From positions 124,372,001 to 124,436,000 of the forward strand of contig OZ024741.1 of assembly GCA_964016885.1 (NCBI GenBank): a stretch of DNA of 64,000 nucleotides, read 5' to 3'. Source of the DNA: Eledone cirrhosa (taxonomy: Eukaryota). The translations under genes and the position numbers were made by a program. A model generated the notes under the pieces. It saw only the letters and a program-made list of their open reading frames with translations, was not told the origin of the DNA and did not search any database. Each line of letters opens with the position of its first letter. Within the stretch, counting starts at the first letter, position 1. Of the stretch, positions 58,295 to 64,000 are shown piece after piece.

Positions 58295-59275
58295 GTACTT
58301 CCTTATATGGGAAAATTGTAGTTGTCAAAATGATTGGTTAAAATTTGTTGTAAACACAAATAAGTCTATCATGGCATTTGACCTACAATCTCACTTGGAG
58401 CTTACTGTCCAGAGCTAACTCTTACACGGGAGGACGCCGTCCGAGTAACTTATACTCGGAGGAAACATTACAAATGCTGTTTTCGAAGGACCAACTCCTA
58501 AACAAGAAAGATGAATTGGTAACCGCATGCAAACACAGATTGCGTAGGACTTACCTCGCCTTCAAACCCTATAACGACCCGGGAGGGTAGACAGGTGCAC
58601 CCCCACCCCTACACTTGCCGAAGAAATTAGGGGAAACCCCAGCTTACATAGGTAAATGTATCTCATTTCTTTTCCTCTTTGTCTCCATCTTCCCCCTGTC
58701 TCATCCTATCACTTCCTTCCACCTCCTATTTTCTTCCTCGTCTGCTTTCCCCTTTCGCCTACCCCGATGCAGCCCATTGGGCCTTGTAGCATCAGTTCCC
58801 CCACCCCTATTATTTTAAGATAGAATTGGCCGAATACGCTTTAGTAACTATTTATAGCAGATGTGTTAAAAACCCCTTAAGTTTGTATCTGTTTTAAGTT
58901 TTTTCTATTCTCAACTTATTAACCTGTAGATAGCATTGTAAGATAGCATCGTGATTTATTTATTCGTTTCTCACTATCTAATTTTATATATTTTTTTTAT
59001 TTTTTTTATTTCTTTCTAGTATCTTTTATTGTCTCCTACTCTCTTTCGATTTACCTATTCTGTAACCTCCCTCCCCCACTTCATACACTATCCTTAGAAT
59101 CTGATGTATACATATCACTTTCAACGCTTGACAGCTCCACTCACTCCCCTATTGTTCTACAGGTAAGTTCAACCACCCCTACCTCCCACCAAATGCCATG
59201 ATAGACTTATTTGTGTTTACAACAAATTGTAACCAAACATCTTGACAACTACAATCTTCCCATATAAGGAAGTAC

Positions 59276-59369
59276 CCCTTTGAAAAGTTCGGCTATTTAT
59301 TCACCAGGCTAAAAAGTATAATTTAGTCCAGAAATAGCCGTCGAAACGGCTTGAGCTCTGCCGTCAGGG
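59276..59369 (+). ncRNA. Hammerhead with U3:A8 core (F12)
   Basis: ccct-TTGAAAA-g..cggctattt...aaatagccg.c-GAAA-cggc/ttgagctct/gccg-TC-aggg; predicted cleavage after 59365. Confidence 0.75.
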
Positions 59370-59619
59370 TCATACTTTTTCCTATTTCCCACTCTACTAC
59401 CCTAAGTATTGAGTACTCTGGTGCGTTATGGTCCATTTGGTTCCTTACTACAATTCCTTTGTTATATATATTATATATATATTAGAAAGTGAGGGTCTTT
59501 TTAGAAATTGAAAAATAACCGAGGTGTCCTACACGAGTGAAAGAATAAAGAAAAAGAGATGAAATCGAAAATGCAACTGGAGTCTTATTTTTTAAAAAGA
59601 TATATATATTTATTTGGTT

Positions 59620-59657
59620 CCTTTACCGGTTTCGCAGTTCTTCTGCTTTTCAAAAGG
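59620..59657 (-). ncRNA. Minimal hammerhead with U3:A8 core (F13), minus copy
   Basis: Exact reverse complement of 59733-59770. Confidence 0.8.
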
Positions 59658-59732
59658 TGAGTTGAGATGGCGGGTCTATGGTTTTTCTCACATCAGATGT
59701 GAGAAAAACCGCAGATCCTCCATCTCAACTCA

Positions 59733-59770
59733 CCTTTTGAAAAGCAGAAGAACTGCGAAACCGGTAAAGG
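59733..59770 (+). ncRNA. Minimal hammerhead with U3:A8 core (F13)
   Basis: cctt-TTGAAAA-gcag/aagaa/ctgc-GAAA-CCGG-TA-aagg. Confidence 0.8.
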
Positions 59771-60555
59771 AACCAAATAAATATATATATTTTTTTTAAA
59801 AATAAGACTCCAGTTGCATTTTCAATTTCATCTCTTTTTCTTCATATATATATATATAATATATATATATATATAATATTAAGGATACTATTTATGGTTA
59901 TGTATATACTAAAACTTATTATAGTTATATATATTTTAAACCCTAAACATCGTTAATTATGTGAAGGAAGTATAAACTATATATTACGTTTCTTGAATGT
60001 GAAAATGGTTGTGGATACAAAAACCATAACTTTCTTTTGCTTCTCCTTTATACTACTTTTCTGCACGCATACTTCTGTATCATATACAAAAAATACCTTA
60101 CCACTACAACCTCCATAATACACTTACTTACCCGCTTTAAGTGCTTCTATTACATGTAACACCCTGCCGCACAATAATCATATATAAATGAGACACACGT
60201 GCATGCCCCACGTGTAACTAACGCATAAAATAACTAAAATAACTACTACATCTGACTAACAAACTATCCTCTTGCATTATCTATGTTAACTGCCGATTGT
60301 ATTTTGATTTTGCTTTGATTTTGTTTTAATGTGATTTTGATTTTGTATTTGAATTGCTATACAGAAATATAATATAATATATGTCACTCCACAGTACGTC
60401 AATATATACATATGTATCTGTATGTCTCTAGATTTGGAAAGGAGGTCAATCATGTGTACAAACATTGAAAACTGCTCCGAAGACTCGAAGCCTAGGTTTG
60501 GATGAAACAATTGTAAGTGAATAAATGCTTTGAACACAGCTTTGATTCTTGTGAA

Positions 60556-60975
<420 letters not shown>

Positions 60976-61393
60976 AGTAATAATAATAAAATTGAAGACT
61001 AAAATCCAGAGAGGGCTCGATAAGGAAAATATATATCAAATATATAAGAACCGAAGAGCAAATATTTATTAAAATAACAGATTAAAGTTTAAGCAAAGAA
61101 TCGCTGCTTTCACCCTTAACGGGATCTTCTGAAACTAACAAAGTCAATCTGTAAACGCAGAACTGGATATTTCAAAAAACGTTGCAACCGGAGGAAGACA
61201 GGAAGACGATACTTTGGTTCATGCTGACGTTCGCTGGCAAAGAACGGGAAAAAACGAATAATACGTCATTAATAGGAGCGGTGAAAAACAATTACGTGCA
61301 AGGACAGAACCACGTTTATGGTATAAAAGAGGTCGTAGACTAATGTTCTCTAAGTGGTGCATAGAGACGTTCTCTGGCAATGAACGAAAAAAC

Positions 61394-62503
61394 GCGGGCG
61401 GTGGTTTGTACCGTGACGATGGCCTTTTGACCATGACTAAGTGCGGACCTCGTGCTTGCGACAGATTCAGAAAAGAACTCACAGCCTTCTTTAAAGGCTT
61501 CAACCTCACTATACAGGTTGGGGCCAATCTCTCGGTCGTTAATTACCTCGACGTTACCCTCAATTTATTGAATGGGTTGCATTACCCGTATAGAAAGCCG
61601 AATGATACGCTTAATTACATAAGTAAGCATTCCAACCATCCTGCCAGCATAACCAAGAACCTGGTAAAAAACGTTTCGTTGAGGCTTTCCCGTCTTTCCA
61701 CCAACGAGCGCATTTTCAACGACCATTCCACTTATTACAATGAAGCATTTGCTCGAAGTGGATTTGTCGATAAGGTAGCATATACAGAGTACGAGAATAG
61801 ACCTAGAAGAAATAGATCCCGTCGCATTTGTTGGTTTAACCCACCATATAATATGGAGGTGGCCACACCATTAGCTAAGATCTTTCTTTCCCTTATTACG
61901 AAGCATTTTCCCCCTACACATAAAGATAGTAAAATTTTTAATAGAAGCACTATTAAAATTTCTTACTCAACGACTCCTAACCTTGCACATAACATCACAG
62001 CTTCAAATTTAGCTAAAATACCTAGCCGTAGGAACACGTGCAACCCTGTAGTTAGTACTAACTGTAATTGTAGGAATCGGGCTGATTGTCCCCTATCCGG
62101 GAAATGCCTCTCTAGTAACATTGTCTACAAATGTAAGGTTGTAACACCCACGTCCCGTAGGGCCTACATAGGGTTAACCGCCAATAGTTTCAAGCAGCGT
62201 CTTTACATGCATACCCATTCTTTTCGTTACCCTCTAAGAAGGAATATGACGTCACTTTCAGCTTATATCTGGAGTCTAAAAGACAACCACACCCAATATA
62301 AGTTACACTGGGAGATCCTAGCTAGGGCTAGATCGTATAACGGAAATAAAAGACCATGTGACCTCTGCGCCGCTGAGGCCCTGGAAATACTCTACGCCAC
62401 AGACCACATCTTAAACAAAAAATCTGAGGCAATTTCGGCTTGTAAACATAAATTGCACAAAACTTTCCTGTATTACAGCCCTACGTTATACCCTAACGGA
62501 TAG
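61394..62503 (+). pseudogene. Naiad-1 RT C-terminal half plus GIY-YIG (open frame, 5'-truncated)
   Basis: GGGLYRDDGL, NYLDVTL, HSNHP, WFNPPY, CNCRNRADCP (CxCx5C), IVYKC...AYIGLT, CDLC. Confidence 0.93.
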
Positions 62504-63428
62504 CACGATCTATACGTGGATATTTACGTCTTGATGTGGGAGCTAAGTATATGTTTTGTTTATTCCTTTACTTTTTGCATAGGTAAGTATATATTACCCG
62601 TATGTTTTGTGCAGGTATGTATACCTTCTCGTACGTATATTTGACTGTTTTGCCGTATAATTTTTACATATTCTGGTATTTAGGGCTTGGTTATGTGTGT
62701 ATGGGAGTTTTGCGTCTGCGTGAGTATGCAGGTTCGTACGTATGGTAGGTGTGTGTATATGTGTACTTCTTGTTTTAGTTGACTTACGTCTCCGAACCTT
62801 CATGTATTTATTTGTAGGTATGTGTGTGCGCTTGTTATATACGTATTTATTTACTTATATACGTTTATATAATTATTTATTTATTTGTACACAAGCATAC
62901 ACACATGCACATATTTATATGTGCGTGATTTTGTATACCTATGGTAAGGTTTTGCGTATGCTTGTGTATGTACGTATCTGTTTGCGTGTATGTATTTATT
63001 TGTTCCTATTACTTTTGTATTGTATTTATTTACTTTGTTCTTAACTCTGTAGCGGAGATTCATTCGGTCTCCTAGTTAGAATTTTAGTCTACGACTTCTG
63101 CTATACCATTTACGTGGTTTTGTCTTTGCACGCTATTGTTCTCCACGGTCCACATATGACTTATTATCTTCGTTTTTTCGTTCATTGCCAGAGAATGTCT
63201 CTATGCACCACTTAGAGAACATTAGTCTACGACCTCTTTTATACCATAAACGTGGTTCTGTCCTTGCACGTAATTGTTTTTCACCGCTCCTATTAATGAC
63301 GTATTATTCGTTTTTTCCCGTTCTTTGCCAGCGAACGTCAGCATGAACCAAAGTATCGTCTTCCTGTCTTCCTCCGGTTGCAACGTTTTTTGAAATATCC
63401 AGTTCTGCGTTTACAGATTGACTTTGTT

Positions 63429-63479
63429 AGTTTCAGAAGATCCCGTTAAGGGTGAAAGCAGCGATTCTTTGCTTAAATT
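63429..63479 (+). ncRNA. Hammerhead-like F9 (U4A core)
   Basis: agttt-CAGAAGA-t.ccc/gttaa/ggg.t-GAAA-gca/gcgattctt/tgc-TT-aaatt. Confidence 0.65.
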
Positions 63480-63616
63480 TTAATCTGTTATTTTAATAAA
63501 TATAAATATCTATATATATATATATATATATATACATATACACACACACACATATATATATTTATATATATATATATATACACTCACACACACTCACATA
63601 TATATATATATATATA

Positions 63617-63913
<297 letters not shown>

Positions 63914-63926
63914 CATATATATATAT

Positions 63927-64000
<74 letters not shown>

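Larger units (their letters stand above)
58188..59465 (+). mobile_element. Naiad-3 PLE 3' portion with inverted 190-bp pLTR copy
   Basis: 58188-58380 is the inverted copy of 59190-59382; 58381-58590 encodes the GIY-YIG C-terminus (WSLLSRANSY...LLNKKDELVTACKHR). Confidence 0.88.
59481..59845. mobile_element. Fold-back F13 terminus remnant (~147-bp arms, 1-nt spacer at 59695)
   Basis: 59548-59694 / 59696-59842 near-perfect inverted repeat; TA-flanked. Confidence 0.85.

Overview
AT-rich eukaryotic, repeat-dominated window. The SINE types and (TA)n density suggest a cephalopod such as Octopus (inference). No intact host gene is supportable, and most listed ORFs are microsatellite translations. 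The window holds a decayed autonomous Helitron (Rep plus Pif1 helicase), one or two non-autonomous Helitrons, tRNA-derived SINEs and several Penelope-like retroelements (PLEs; RT plus GIY-YIG, including Naiad-type), plus many short PLE-terminus remnants. Almost all are embedded in (TA)n tracts, often as fold-back inverted repeats. The main hidden signal, read by eye, is about 13 distinct sequence families (about 30 copies, intact to degenerate) of type I or minimal hammerhead ribozymes (HHRs). These include two families with a compensatory U3:A8 core (UUGAAAA), one with a family-wide U4A core (CAGAAGA) and one with a core insertion. Truncation and inversion junctions repeatedly fall on ribozyme landmarks, and one falls at the predicted cleavage site. 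Element boundaries are approximate; ribozyme coordinates were counted by hand.
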